Assembly (NCBI GenBank): GCA_963823665.1
Contig: CAWGMQ010000003.1
Coordinates: forward strand, 1,792,001-1,856,000
Reading direction: 5' to 3'
Source: an uncultured Planctomycetota bacterium
GTDB lineage: Bacteria > Planctomycetota > Planctomycetia > Isosphaerales > Isosphaeraceae
DNA length: 64,000 nt
Part shown: one piece after another, positions 51,999 to 63,316 of the stretch
Position numbering within the stretch: position 1 is the stretch's first letter
How the letters are laid out: each line of letters starts with the position of its first letter
The notes under the pieces: model-generated
What the model saw: the letters and a program-made list of their open reading frames with translations, nothing else
Database searches by the model: none
Told to the model about the DNA's origin: nothing
Position numbers and translations under genes: made by a program

Positions 51999-53192
51999 TC
52001 AGTAAACCGGCAGGCTGGGGTCGACATCCTTGATCCACGCCAGAATGCCGCCTGTCAAGTTCTTGAGGCGGGTGAATCCGGCCGCTTGCATAACCCCAAT
52101 CGCCTTCGCGCTTCGCATCCCGCTCTTGCAATGGACAACGTACGACCCGGACGCGTCCAGCTCGGAGAGACGGGCGGCTAGCTCCGGCAGCGGAATCACC
52201 GTCGAACCTGCAATCCGGCAGATCGCGATCTCCTCCGGGTTGCGCACGTCCAGAATAACCGTCTCGACGCCCTGCTCCAGAAGAGCCTTGAGCTCGACGG
52301 GCGTGATCTCGCCGCTGCCGTTTGTCGCTGCCGGAGCCGCATGAACCGCCGGGGCGTGTAATCCGCAAAACTCCTGGTAATCAATCAGCTCGCGGATCGT
52401 CGCGTTTGGGCCGCAGATCGGGCACCTCGGATTCTTGCGCACCTTCATCTCGCGGAACGTCATTTCGAGCGCATCATAGAGAAGCAACCGGCCGATCAGC
52501 GGCCTCCCGGCGCGCAGGATCAGCTTGACTGTCTCGGTCGCCTGCACCACTCCGATCAGGCCCGGCAGGATGCCGAGCACGCCCCCTTCTGCACAATTCG
52601 GCACAAGGTCCGGCGGCGGGGGCTCGGGATAGAGGCAGCGATAGCATGGGCCTTGCGGTGGGAAGAACACCGTTGCCTGGCCGTCGAACCGGAAGATCGA
52701 GCCATAGACATTCGGCTTTCCCAGCAGCACACAGGCGTCGTTCACCAGGTAACGAGTCGGGAAATTGTCGGTGCCGTCGACGATGACGTCGTAATCGGCA
52801 AACAGTTGCAGCGCGTTCGAGCTGTCGATCGTCTGCTCGTGGGTCATGATTTTCAGGTCGGGGTTGAGCGCATGGAGCTTCTCCTCGGCGCTCTGGATCT
52901 TGGATCGGCCGACGTCACTGGTGAAATGGATGATCTGGCGCTGGAGGTTCGAGACGTCAACGACATCGAAATCGGCAAGCCCGAGTGTGCCGACTCCGGC
53001 CGCCGCGAGATAAAGGGACAGCGGCGATCCCAAGCCCCCGGTCCCGATGCAGAGCACCTTGGCGGCCTTGAGCCGCTTCTGCCCCTCCATCGCCACTTCG
53101 GGCATGATGAGATGCCGGGCATAGCGCTGAACTTGTGCTGGATTCAGGGAAACGGCTGAGACGCGATCGCCCAATAAGTCCGGTATAATCAT
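51999..53192 (-). CDS. moeB: Molybdopterin-synthase adenylyltransferase MoeB with C-terminal rhodanese domain (MoeZ-like)
   Basis: RYARHL, GTGGLGS, SNLQRQ, DGTDNF, CYRC and CPIC; rhodanese LDVR...HCKSGMRS...GGILAW. Confidence 0.93.
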   Translation of the reverse strand: MIIPDLLGDRVSAVSLNPAQVQRYARHLIMPEVAMEGQKRLKAAKVLCIGTGGLGSPLSLYLAAAGVGTLGLADFDVVDVSNLQRQIIHFTSDVGRSKIQSAEEKLHALNPDLKIMTHEQTIDSSNALQLFADYDVIVDGTDNFPTRYLVNDACVLLGKPNVYGSIFRFDGQATVFFPPQGPCYRCLYPEPPPPDLVPNCAEGGVLGILPGLIGVVQATETVKLILRAGRPLIGRLLLYDALEMTFREMKVRKNPRCPICGPNATIRELIDYQEFCGLHAPAVHAAPAATNGSGEITPVELKALLEQGVETVILDVRNPEEIAICRIAGSTVIPLPELAARLSELDASGSYVVHCKSGMRSAKAIGVMQAAGFTRLKNLTGGILAWIKDVDPSLPVY

Positions 53193-53307
53193 GGTTGCAT
53201 CCTCGACGTTCAGCAGGCGGTTACCTTCAACATTGTATACAGAAAGAGGCGGCAGATCGCCGGTTCCTTCGCTGCGCGCTCGGACACCGGCACAATTGCC
53301 GATTCAC

Positions 53308-53772
53308 GTGGAAGAACAGATCATCGAAACCTGGGCCATCCATAATCGAATCAATCTCTACCTGCTCGACGCGATCCTGGACGACGCACTGGGCTGTTGC
53401 CTGCCGACCAAGAGCCGCTCGGTATACGATTTGTTCGCGCACATCCACAACGTGCGATTGCTCTGGCTGAAGTCGGCCGCTCCGGCCCTGCTCGAGGGTT
53501 TGACGAAGCTGGAAACCAAGACGGTCGGGAAGAAAGCCGAGCTGCGGAAGGCCCTCGAAGCATCCGGAACTGCAATCGAAACTCTGTTGCGCGAGGCGAT
53601 GGCCGCTGGCGGCAAGGTCAAGGGATTCAAGCCGCACGCAGTTGCGTTCATGGGATACTTGATCTCGCACGAATCCCATCACCGCGGGCAGGCGGGATGG
53701 GCGCTCAAGGCGTCGGGCCGCCCTCTCGATCAGAAAACTGCGTTCGGGCTGTGGGAATGGGGCGTGCGCTGA
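53308..53772 (+). CDS. DinB-family protein
   Basis: FAHIHNVR and YLISHESHHRGQ His-triad motifs. Confidence 0.85.
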   Translation: MEEQIIETWAIHNRINLYLLDAILDDALGCCLPTKSRSVYDLFAHIHNVRLLWLKSAAPALLEGLTKLETKTVGKKAELRKALEASGTAIETLLREAMAAGGKVKGFKPHAVAFMGYLISHESHHRGQAGWALKASGRPLDQKTAFGLWEWGVR

Positions 53773-53779
53773 ATCCGAC

Positions 53780-55243
53780 TTAGCCCGGCCACTTGCCGAT
53801 CGGGCAGTCTTCGTGTGCCATCTTGATTTTCACATGGGTGAAGCAACCGCAGATCTTGCAGCGCATGCCGGTGTGGTGCTCACACGAGGCGCACGTTTGG
53901 CTTCGCTTGGCCTGCATTTCGGCGGGGGTTGTTTTCATGCCCGATCCGACGAATGTGGCCATCGCCTTGGTTGCGGACATCGCCATGCGCAACAGGCCTG
54001 GTCCGCTGTTGGCCTTCGATGCGCCCGGGCCCTGGGCTTGGCCCTGGCTCTGGCCGCCCATAACGCTGGCGACAATGGCGCCGCCCAGATACGAGTGCGG
54101 CGACGTGCTCACTCCGGCCGGCGCCGCGGCCGGGGCGTCTTCGTAGAGTCCCATCCTGTACTTTTGCAAGTGTGAGCCGTACCACGCGGCCTGGGGGCGA
54201 CCCATTGCTCTGAACAGAGCTATTGATTCCTCGGCCTTGGCGATCGCGAGGTCGCGCTGGCCGAGCTCGGCGTATTGAATGCCCTGGTACCAGAGCAAGT
54301 TGGCGGCCTGCATTCGATCGCCGACGAGATTCGCCAGACCCAGCGCCTGGTCGAAGCAGCTCAGTGCGGTGGCAAACTCGCGGAGGTGCCAGTGCGCGAG
54401 CCCGAGGCGCTCCAACGCGGTTTTTTCACCGAGGTGATCGCGTTTGGCGCGGGCAAAGGCCAGACCGTGCTCGAACATCTGCCGCGCTCGCGGGGCCTGA
54501 CCGACGCCCAGCATCGCCAGGCCGAGATTGCCTACGACGTCGACTTCGCGCTCGCGGTCGGCGAGCTCGCGAGTGATCTGGAGAGCTGATTCGAGCGCCG
54601 CGACCGCGCCTGCGTGGTCGCCTTCGCTGAGCTTGGTCACCCCCACGTCGGTGAGCGCCGTGGCCTCGGCAGCGCGGTTGCCGGCCGTGCGTGCGGCGGC
54701 CAGGAGAAGCTCGGCCTGGTCGCGCGGGGTGCCCGTCATCGTCGGGTCCGGCGGAGGAGCGGCGGGATGCTCGGGGCTTGCGGTCTGCGATTCGATGCCG
54801 GAGACCAGGTAAAGTTCCTTGCAAAGGCGTCTGACGCGCTTCGCGTGCGGCCAGGCGGCTTGAACGAGCGATTCGTCAATCGGGGTCTCGGCCGCCGGCG
54901 ACCAGACCAGCAGCAGATCGGCATTGCGCTCGCCGCATTGCTCCGAAGACGAGCCGTCGGGGAGCGAAAAATCCCGGTTCTTGCTCGACTTGCGCAGCGA
55001 GCCCCAAAGCCGGCTCAGCCCGCCTCGGAGCCGCTGCCTGGCGCGCATCGACGTGGCCGGGGTGGCGAATAGCCCCTGCTCCGAGACGATCTCGCCGCGG
55101 ATGACGTTGCCGACGCGCTCCCAGTACTGAAAGGTCGCGTCGCGGTCATCAGGAATCCAGAGGACCAGCCGGTTGCCGTCCGAAATCGGTTCGGTCAGGA
55201 TTCCCGATTCAAATGCAAAGGTCCGCCAGTCGGGTAGGTTCAT
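53780..55243 (-). CDS. TPR-repeat protein with C-terminal Cys-rich (DUF6171-like) domain
   Basis: GDRxxEAxAL-type TPRs; RSQTCASCEH...CKICGCF...CPIGKW; start overlaps the fabF stop (ATGA). Confidence 0.8.
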   Translation of the reverse strand: MNLPDWRTFAFESGILTEPISDGNRLVLWIPDDRDATFQYWERVGNVIRGEIVSEQGLFATPATSMRARQRLRGGLSRLWGSLRKSSKNRDFSLPDGSSSEQCGERNADLLLVWSPAAETPIDESLVQAAWPHAKRVRRLCKELYLVSGIESQTASPEHPAAPPPDPTMTGTPRDQAELLLAAARTAGNRAAEATALTDVGVTKLSEGDHAGAVAALESALQITRELADREREVDVVGNLGLAMLGVGQAPRARQMFEHGLAFARAKRDHLGEKTALERLGLAHWHLREFATALSCFDQALGLANLVGDRMQAANLLWYQGIQYAELGQRDLAIAKAEESIALFRAMGRPQAAWYGSHLQKYRMGLYEDAPAAAPAGVSTSPHSYLGGAIVASVMGGQSQGQAQGPGASKANSGPGLLRMAMSATKAMATFVGSGMKTTPAEMQAKRSQTCASCEHHTGMRCKICGCFTHVKIKMAHEDCPIGKWPG

Positions 55244-56499
55244 GCGGGTCGATTCGCCGTGTATCGGCGGATGAGCAGGCTGGCATTATGACCGCCGAAC
55301 CCGAAACTGTTGGACATCACCGTGTCGACGCGGGCTTCGCGTGCAACGTTGGGGATGTAGTCGAGGTCGCAGCCTTCGCCGGGGTGGTCGAGATTGATGG
55401 TCGGGGGAAGCACGCCGTTGTGAATTGCGAGGGCCGAAATGATCAGCTCCACCCCGCCCGAAGCGCCGAGCAGGTGGCCGAGCTGGCTCTTGGTGCTCGA
55501 GATCTGGAGATTCGGCGCTTGATTTCCGAAGACCTGCTTCATCGCGCGGGTTTCGGCCAGGTCGCCCAATGGGGTGCTCGTGCCGTGAGCATTGATGTAT
55601 CCGACAGCCTCGGGACCCAGCCGCGCGTCTTTCAAGCAGGCGTTCATGGCCCGCATCGCGCCACGGCCTTCCTCATCCGGTGCCGTGATGTGCGACCCGT
55701 CGGCCGACATGCCGTAGCCCACCACCTCGGCATAGATTCTCGCTCCGCGGCGGACGGCCACCTCTTCGGCCTCGAGCACCAGAATGCCCGCACCTTCGGC
55801 CAGGATGAACCCGTCGCGATCGCGGTCGAATGGCCGGCTGGCGCGCGTCGGATCGTCGTTGCGCGTGGAGAGGGCTCGCATCGAGGCAAAGCCGCCGAGC
55901 CCCATATGCGTGATCGCCGCTTCGCTGCCGCCGGTGATCATGACGTCGGCATGTTCGGACTGGATGAGGCGGTACGCGTCGCCGATGGCGTTGGCCGCCG
56001 AAGCACAGGCCGTGGCCACCGCCGAGCACGGGCCTTTGAGCCCCCAGCGGATCGAGACCTGCCCGCTGGCGGCATTCACCATGAGCTTCGGTATCACGAA
56101 CGGGCTGATCCGCGACGGCCCCTTCTGCATCATGATCGTGTGCTGGCTCTCAAACTCGTTGAGCCCGCCGATCCCCGACCCAATCAAGACGCCGCAGTTT
56201 TCAGAGGGAAGCGCCGAGAAATCGATTCCGGAGTCGTCGACCGCGGAAATCGCCGCTGCCAGCGCGAACTGCGCGAAGCGATCGAGATGCCGCGCCTCCT
56301 TGACGCCGAACCGGGCCGCGGCATCCCAATCATGCACCTGGCCGCCGAAATGGACGCGAAACTCGGTGGTGTCAAAAAGCGTGAGCGTGCCGACGCCGCT
56401 CTGACCGGCGCAGAGTGCGTCCCAGAACCGCCCGAGATCCTCACCAAGCGACGTGACCACTCCCATGCCGGTAATCACGACACGGCGTGCATGTGCCAT
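55240..56499 (-). CDS. fabF: Beta-ketoacyl-ACP synthase II
   Basis: RRVVITGMG, TACAS, INAHGTST, KSQLGHLLGA, NSFGFGGHN. Confidence 0.97.
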   Translation of the reverse strand: MAHARRVVITGMGVVTSLGEDLGRFWDALCAGQSGVGTLTLFDTTEFRVHFGGQVHDWDAAARFGVKEARHLDRFAQFALAAAISAVDDSGIDFSALPSENCGVLIGSGIGGLNEFESQHTIMMQKGPSRISPFVIPKLMVNAASGQVSIRWGLKGPCSAVATACASAANAIGDAYRLIQSEHADVMITGGSEAAITHMGLGGFASMRALSTRNDDPTRASRPFDRDRDGFILAEGAGILVLEAEEVAVRRGARIYAEVVGYGMSADGSHITAPDEEGRGAMRAMNACLKDARLGPEAVGYINAHGTSTPLGDLAETRAMKQVFGNQAPNLQISSTKSQLGHLLGASGGVELIISALAIHNGVLPPTINLDHPGEGCDLDYIPNVAREARVDTVMSNSFGFGGHNASLLIRRYTANRPA

Positions 56500-56586
56500 A
56501 GCGCCACTGATAGTTAGAAAACCGCCGCCTGGAATGAATGGCTCCGCGCGATCTCCGCCGCGATGCCTGCGGAGACCGCACCTCTC

Positions 56587-56826
56587 TCACTTGGCGTGCG
56601 CATGCTGTTCGATGTACTCAATTGCCTGGCCGACCGTCTGAATTTTCTCGGCCTCCTCGTCCGGGATGGTGATGTCGAACTCTTCTTCGAATTCCATCAC
56701 CAACTCCACCGTATCGAGGGAGTCGGCACCAAGGTCATTGACGAAGGAGGTCTCCTTGGTGACCTGGTCCTTGGAGACACCCATCTGCTCGCTCACGATT
56801 TCGATCACACGCTCTTCCACGGACAC
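56587..56826 (-). CDS. acpP: Acyl carrier protein
   Basis: [30 protein letters not shown] before the GTG start. Confidence 0.97.
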   Translation of the reverse strand: MSVEERVIEIVSEQMGVSKDQVTKETSFVNDLGADSLDTVELVMEFEEEFDITIPDEEAEKIQTVGQAIEYIEQHAHAK

Positions 56827-57508
56827 GGGCGAACCTCCTCGTCTCGTCTACTGACATTCCCGCAAACACAAAATCGTACGCTCTCGGCACGCCGGCCGTG
56901 AAAATCAGGCGAGCCACTTCGGCGGCAGGCAATGGCGCTACAGGCCGTGAGACCGAAAATCGAGCACGGGGACATAGCTTTGAAGGTCAAAAAATCCGCC
57001 GAAACAGCTTCCCGCCACCGGCGAACGTAACGACCTCGCGAACCCCGATCCCCACAAACACGACTCAACTTAGCATCATCCTACCTAAATGTCCATTGGA
57101 CATCGTATTCCATCCTGGACGCAATTCTTCCCCGCGATCGCGCCGAAAACAAGGGCCAATCCTTCGTACGAAGGAGTGAACACGCCGCCCTCAAGCGAAT
57201 GGAACGAGTAGAAGGAGCCGTTTGCCGTGCTTTCGCAGTCTTTGCATCTTTACTAGACATCCTAAGGGTCCACATTCATGCCCGTTCTGGGGGACGGTGG
57301 GTCGCGAAGATGTGATCGGGGCATGCGTTCTGAGGTGCGCTCGTCGTCCGGTGCATCCAATCCATCGCAAGCCGTGTGAAGCCGGTGGGTTGCACCCATC
57401 TTCCAAGGCTGCATGGATCCTGCCTCTGGGCTCTCGTGGCCGCGCCGAAAATCTGCTAGTGTTTTGTTTACATCAATCACGAGCCGGGCCGGTCACAGGG
57501 GGCGTTAC

Positions 57509-60260
57509 ATGTTCCACCTTGATTTGTCCGCAATGCGCCTGCGATCTCGACTGACGTTCGCGAGAACGATGGTGCTCTTTGCAAGCTATGTCGTGGCACT
57601 TGCGTGTGATCCCGGGAGCGGCGCGGTCGCTTTCGGCGTGCGGCCGATCGAGCAGGCCTCCGGCGCGGTTGAGCCTCAAAAAGACATTGCTGGCCGCGAT
57701 GGAGAAGCCGAACGAAAGTTGCTGGCCGAGCTGCAGTCGGCCATCGAGGCGCACGCCGATCACCTTGAGTTCTCGCGGCTCGATCGCGAGCTGGCGGCGG
57801 CTTTTCGCCGTTACGGTCTGGATCTCGATGTGGTTGATCCCAAGGCCGCCGGAGCGCGGCTGGCCGGTCGGCCGGAGACTCCCGAGATCGCCGCGGTGCT
57901 CGATGAGTGGTGCCGCGTGCGGCGATCGAGACTGAAAGTCGACACGTGGCGAAAGCTGGCCGCAGTGGCGCGGGCCGCTGATCAGGACCCATGGCGGAAC
58001 GCAATACGCGACCAATGTGACCGGCCGATCGCTGATGCATTGCCCGTCCTCGCGGCACGGGCCGCCGATGCGCGGGAGCTTGAAAAGCAGCCGGTGAACA
58101 GCCTGGTCGTGCTCTCGCAGATGCTCGTCGAGGCAGACGACCGGCCGAGCACCATCGCGGTCTTGCAGGTTGGCAGGCGAAGGTTCCCACGGGATTTCTG
58201 GGTCTGCATGATGCTGGGACGTGCGCATTACGAGAAGCTGCCGAAGCCCGAACTCGCAGAGGCCGCGCGGTTGTGTGCAGCGGCGGTGGCGCTGCGGCCC
58301 AAGAGCCTGTTTGCCCACGCGTACCTGGCGACGGCCTTGCATCGCCATGGGAAATTGACCGAGGCGGCAGCCGAGCTTCGTGAGGCGACCGCGCTCAAGC
58401 CCCAGAACGCAGAGAGCCACCTCGCGCTGGGATATGCTCTCGAACAGATCGGGAAGCGCGATCTGGCGATTGCCGAGTACCGCGAGGCGATCCGGCTGAA
58501 ACCCGGTGATGCCCAGCTTCACTCCTACCTGGGGACGGCCCTGTCGGTGCAGGGCAAGCACGACGAGGCCATTGCCGAATGCCGGGAGGCGGTCCGGCTG
58601 ACGCCCGATGATGCGGATGCTCAGCTCATCTTGGGCTATGCACTCTGTCAAGCCGGCAAGATCGACGACGGGATCGCCAGCTATCGTAAATCGATCCGCA
58701 TCACACCCGCTCAGGCCAAGGCGCAGTCCTACCTGGGAAGCGCTCTTCTGCAACAGCACAAATTTGACGAGGCCATGAGTGCTTTTCGCGAGGCGCTCCG
58801 GCTCAAGCCGCAGGATCCCGAATGCCATCGCCGCCTTGGCGGAGCTCTGCTCGCGCAGGGAAAAGTGGACGAGGCCGTCCCGTCGTTCCGCGAGGCGATC
58901 CGGCTCAATCGCGACGACGGCGAGGCGCACTTCAATCTCGGCATGGTCTTGAGCAGACTAGGAAAGCAGCAGGAAGCCAACGCAGAATTTGATGAGGCGA
59001 AACGCCTCGAGCTGAACAATCCACACGTCCTGCTCGACCTCGGGCACGCGCTCATGCGCGCCGGCAAGGTGGACGATGCGATCGCCAAGTTTCGCGACGC
59101 GGTCCGGCTGATGCCGGGCGATGCGCAGGCGCAGCATGTACTTCGGTGCCGCGTTATCGCTCAAGGGTCAGCAAGAGGAGGCCATAACCGCACTGCGCGA
59201 GTCCGTTCGCCTCGCGCCGGAGAACGCACAAGCCCAGCACGGCCTCGCCTTTGCGCTGGCCACAAGCGGCAAGTTCGACGAAGCGATTGTTGCGTATCGC
59301 GCGGCGATCCGGCTCAAACCCGACGATGCCCGGGCTCACATGGGCCTGGCTTCCATATTGACCAAGCAGGGCAAGCGCCAAGAGGCTGAGCATGAATTCG
59401 CCGAGGCCAAGCGTCTGAAAGCGGATGATGGCGGATTGCAGCTCGCCGTCGGGTACTCGCTGGAACAGGCCGGCAAGCTCGACGAAGCCATCGCGGCTTT
59501 TCGGGAGGCGGTGCGGATCGCGCCCGGCGATTCCCAGGCTCACCTCTACCTCGGGTCTGCTCTTTCACGGCGGGGAAAGCGCGACGAGGGGATCGCCGCT
59601 CTTCGCGAGGCCGTCCGGATCGCGCCCGGTGTCGCCAGTAACCAGCTCGGCCTCGGTTACGCCTTATCGGAAGCCGGCAAGCTCGACGAAGCGATCGACG
59701 CCTATCGCGAGGCCGTCCGAATCGAGCCCGGCAATGCCCGGACTCACTTGTACCTCGGGTCGGCGCTATCGCGGCAGGAAAAGCACGAGCAAGGCATCGC
59801 CGCGCTCCGCGAGGGGGTCCGGCTCGCGCCCGACGACGCGGAGATCCGGATCGGACTTGGTTACGCCTTCTCGTCAGCCGGCAAGCTCGACGAAGCGATC
59901 GACGCCTATTGCGAGGCGATCCGGATCAAACCGGCGAACGCACAGGCTTACATGTATCTCGGGGCGATGCTCTTGCAACAGGAAAAGCCGGATGAGGCCG
60001 TCACTGCATTGCGAGAGGCGATCAAGCTCAAGCCCGATGACGTGCACACTCATTTCAGCCTGGCCTTCGCACTTCAGCGAGCAGAGAAGCTCGATGAGGC
60101 GATCGCCGCGTACCGCGAAACGATTCGTCTCAAGCCCGACTACGCCGAGGCCCACTACAACCTGGGCACCGCCTTGCTTGCCAACGGCAATGACGATGAG
60201 GCGAAGGCCGAATTCGACGAGGCCAGGCGGTTGAAGCCTGACATTGATGACGAACCGTGA
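57509..60260 (+). CDS. Exported TPR protein, paralog 1 (frameshift near 59135)
   Basis: Hydrophobic leader; AAFRRYGLDLD...ARAADQDPWRN...FPRDFW domain; many GKLDEAIxAxREAIRLxP repeats; ends PDIDDEP. Confidence 0.85.
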
Positions 60261-60293
60261 TTCCATTCTCGCGCCTGGGTGCAGGGGTGTCGC

Positions 60294-63255
60294 ATGTTCG
60301 ACGTGATCGGATTCGCAATGAAAAATGCTCTGTGTCGTCGGCCGGCGGCCTCGAGCGCAATGGTGTTATTCTTCGGCGGCGTGCTCGTCGTTCGCGTGTG
60401 ATGCCGGGCATGCTGCGTCCGCTTCCGGTGCCGAGCAGCAGCAGCCACGTGCCGGGCCCGGCGGGGTTCAAAAGGAAGGCGCACCGCGCGCGGCGAAGGC
60501 GAACGGAAGTTGCTGGCGGATCTTGCCGCGGCGACTGGATCGTATGCCAATCACTATGATGATGCGCAATTTGATCGAGAGATGGCGGCGGCTTTTCGGA
60601 GTTATGGGCTGGATCTTGACGCGGTTGATGCCAAGACGGCCGGAGCGCGACTGGCCGGACATGCGGAGACGCCGGAGATCGCCGCGGCGATCGACATCTG
60701 GTCGCGCGTGCGGCGCAGGGGGTTGAAGGTCGCTTCCTGGCGCCGGTTAGTCGAGATCGCGCGGGCCGCCGATCCCGACCCGTGGCGGAATGCGCTGCGC
60801 GACCAGGCCGGCAAGCCATTGGCCGATGGACTGCCGGTGCTCAAAGCGCGGGCGGCGGGATGCTCAGGCGCTGGAAAAGCAGCCCGCCATGAGCTTGCTG
60901 CTCGTGGCTCGGATGCTCAACGAGGCCGACGACCGGCCGGCAGCCGCCGCGGTCTTGAAGGTCGCCAGGCGACGGTTTCCACGGGATTACTGGATCTGCA
61001 TGATGGACGGAACGCTGAACCTCCAGGGAGCACCCAAACCTGATCCGGCCGAGGCCGCCCGTTCTTTCGCCGCGGCCATGGCGCTTGAGCCCCGCAGCGT
61101 GGCGGCGCACACGAATCTGGCGATCGCCCTGCACCGCGAGGGAAAGCTCGACGAGGCGAGCGAAAGAGCTGGACGAGGCAAGACGGCTCAAGCCCAGGAC
61201 GGCAGATGCTCAACTGAGCTCTGGGTTACGCGCTCGAAGAAACCGGGAAGATCGATGAAGCGATTGCTGCGTACCGCGAGGCGATCCGGATCAAGCCGGG
61301 CGATGTCGAGGGTCACACGTACCTCGGCCATGTCTTATCACGCCGAAGAAACTACGACGAGGCCATCACCGCTCTTCGCGAGGCGATCCGGATCGCGCCG
61401 GACGCGGATCTTTATTTCAACCTGGCCTTTGATCTGCAAGCGCAGGGAAAACTGGACGAGGCAATCGCGGCTTACGGAGAGGCGATCAAACTCAAGCACG
61501 ACTCCTTCGATGCCCACTACAACCTGGGCACGGCCTTGTTCCAGCAGGGCAAGAAGGAAGAGGCGGAAGCAGAATTTGCCGTGGCGAGACGGCTCAAACC
61601 GGATGATCCGACTGCGCAGTTGATGGTCGGCTACGAACTGCAAACAGCGGGCAAGCTCGACGAAGCGATCGCCAAGTATCGCGAGGTGGTCCGGCGCAAT
61701 CCCGGCAATTCCCAGGCTCACGGCTACCTCGGCGGTGCGCTTTCGCTACAGGGGAAACACGCCGAGGCCCTGGCGGCGCAGCGCGAGGCGGCCCGCCTCG
61801 CGCCGGATGACGCATTCCACAGGCTGGCCCTCGGGCATGCACTTGAGATGTCGGGCAAGCTCGACGAAGCAATCGCCTGCTATCGCGAGGCGACGAAGCT
61901 CGATCCCCGCGCTGCGCAGAGTTTTTTGTACCTGGGGCGAGCCCTCTCCGGGCAGAAAAAGTATGACGAAGCAGTCGTGGCTCTGCGCGAGGCGATCAAG
62001 CTCGCCCCAAAGGACGCCGAGGCCAAGGTTGCCCTTGGCCGCGTGCTCGTGGACGTTGACAAGCTGGACGAAGCGATTGCGGTCTATCGCGAGGCGATCG
62101 AGCTCGCCCCAGATGACGCCTGGTCAAGGGCCGCCCTTGGCTATGCGCTCGGACAGAGCGGCAAGCCGGACGATGCGGCCGCGGCCTATCGCGAGGCGAT
62201 ACGCCTTGCGCCTGGTGACGCGCAGTCTCATCACGGGCTTGGTTACGCGCTCGCGGAAACCGGCAAGCTGGACGACGCAGTCGGCGAGTACCGTGAAGCA
62301 ATCCGGCTCAAACCGGACGAAGACGATTACCACGGCAGCCTGGGCTACGCTCTCCAGCGCCTAGGAAAGCTCGACGAAGCGATCGCTGCGTACTGGCAAG
62401 CAATTCGGCTCAAGCCGGACGATGCCACTCACCATTTCAATCTGGGCTGCGCCCTCTCGAGTCAAGGGAAGCTCGATGATGCGATCACCGCTTTCCGCGA
62501 GGCCATCCGGCTCAAACCGGACGATGCTCCGTTCCGTCAAAGCCTTGGCTACACGCTACTGGAAACCGGCAAACTGGATGAGGCGGTTGGCGCCTACCGT
62601 GAGGCCATCCGGCTCAAACCCGATGAGGCCGTCTACCATGAGTCTCCTGGGCTATGTTCTGCAACTTCAAGATAAGCTCGACGACGCAGTCGCCGCCTTC
62701 CGCGAGGCCATCCGGCTCAAGCCCAACCAAGCGTCGCACCACAGCAGTCTAGGCCACGTACTGCGACGTCAGGAAAAGCTCGATGACGCAGTCGCCGCCT
62801 ACCGCGAGGCGATCCGGCTCAAACCCGATGAGGCTGCCTACCATAACAGCGTGGGCTTCGCCCTGGAACTTCAGGAAAAGCTCGACGAGGCGATCGCGGC
62901 TTATCGAGAGGCGATCCGGCTCAAGCCCGAGGTAGCCCACTATCATCTCAGCCTGGGCCGCGCTCTGCAGCGTCAAGAGAAGCTCGACGAAGCGGTGGCT
63001 GCTTTCCGCGAGGCGATCCGGCTGAAGCCTGAAGTTGCCGACTATCATTTCTGCGTGGGGTGCGCTTTGCATCTTCAGGAAAAGCTCGACGAGGCGATCG
63101 CCGCCTTCCGTGATGCGATTCGGCTTGAGCCCAAGCACGCCGCGGCCCACTTCGCGCTCGGCACTGCCTTGATACAAGACGGCAATGAGGATGAAGGGCA
63201 GGCAGAAATCGCCGAAGCCAAGCGATTGGATCCGGACATCGACGCAGAGCCTTGA
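60294..63255 (+). CDS. Exported TPR protein, paralog 2 (multiple frameshifts)
   Basis: Same N-domain (AAFRSYGLDLD...AADPDPWRN...FPRDYW) split over ORFs 60510 and 60790; TPRs in 61536..62675 and 62422..63255; ends PDIDAEP. Confidence 0.8.
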
Positions 63256-63316
63256 TTGATCTGTTGTCGTTTGGCGAGGATCGATCAAGAATCGGCTCCG
63301 CTGAAGAGGTCATCGC

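Noticed and set aside
55240..56826. Possible type II PKS or secondary-metabolite cluster
   Set aside because: FabF and AcpP are canonical; no chain-length factor, cyclase or tailoring genes are nearby.
56830..57500. Long intergenic region between acpP and the TPR genes
   Set aside because: Apart from a partial REP copy, no structure or credible ORF could be supported.
62240..63140. Regular repeats of about 102 nt containing GCGATCCGGCTCAA-like cores
   Set aside because: The period equals one 34-aa TPR; these are coding repeats.
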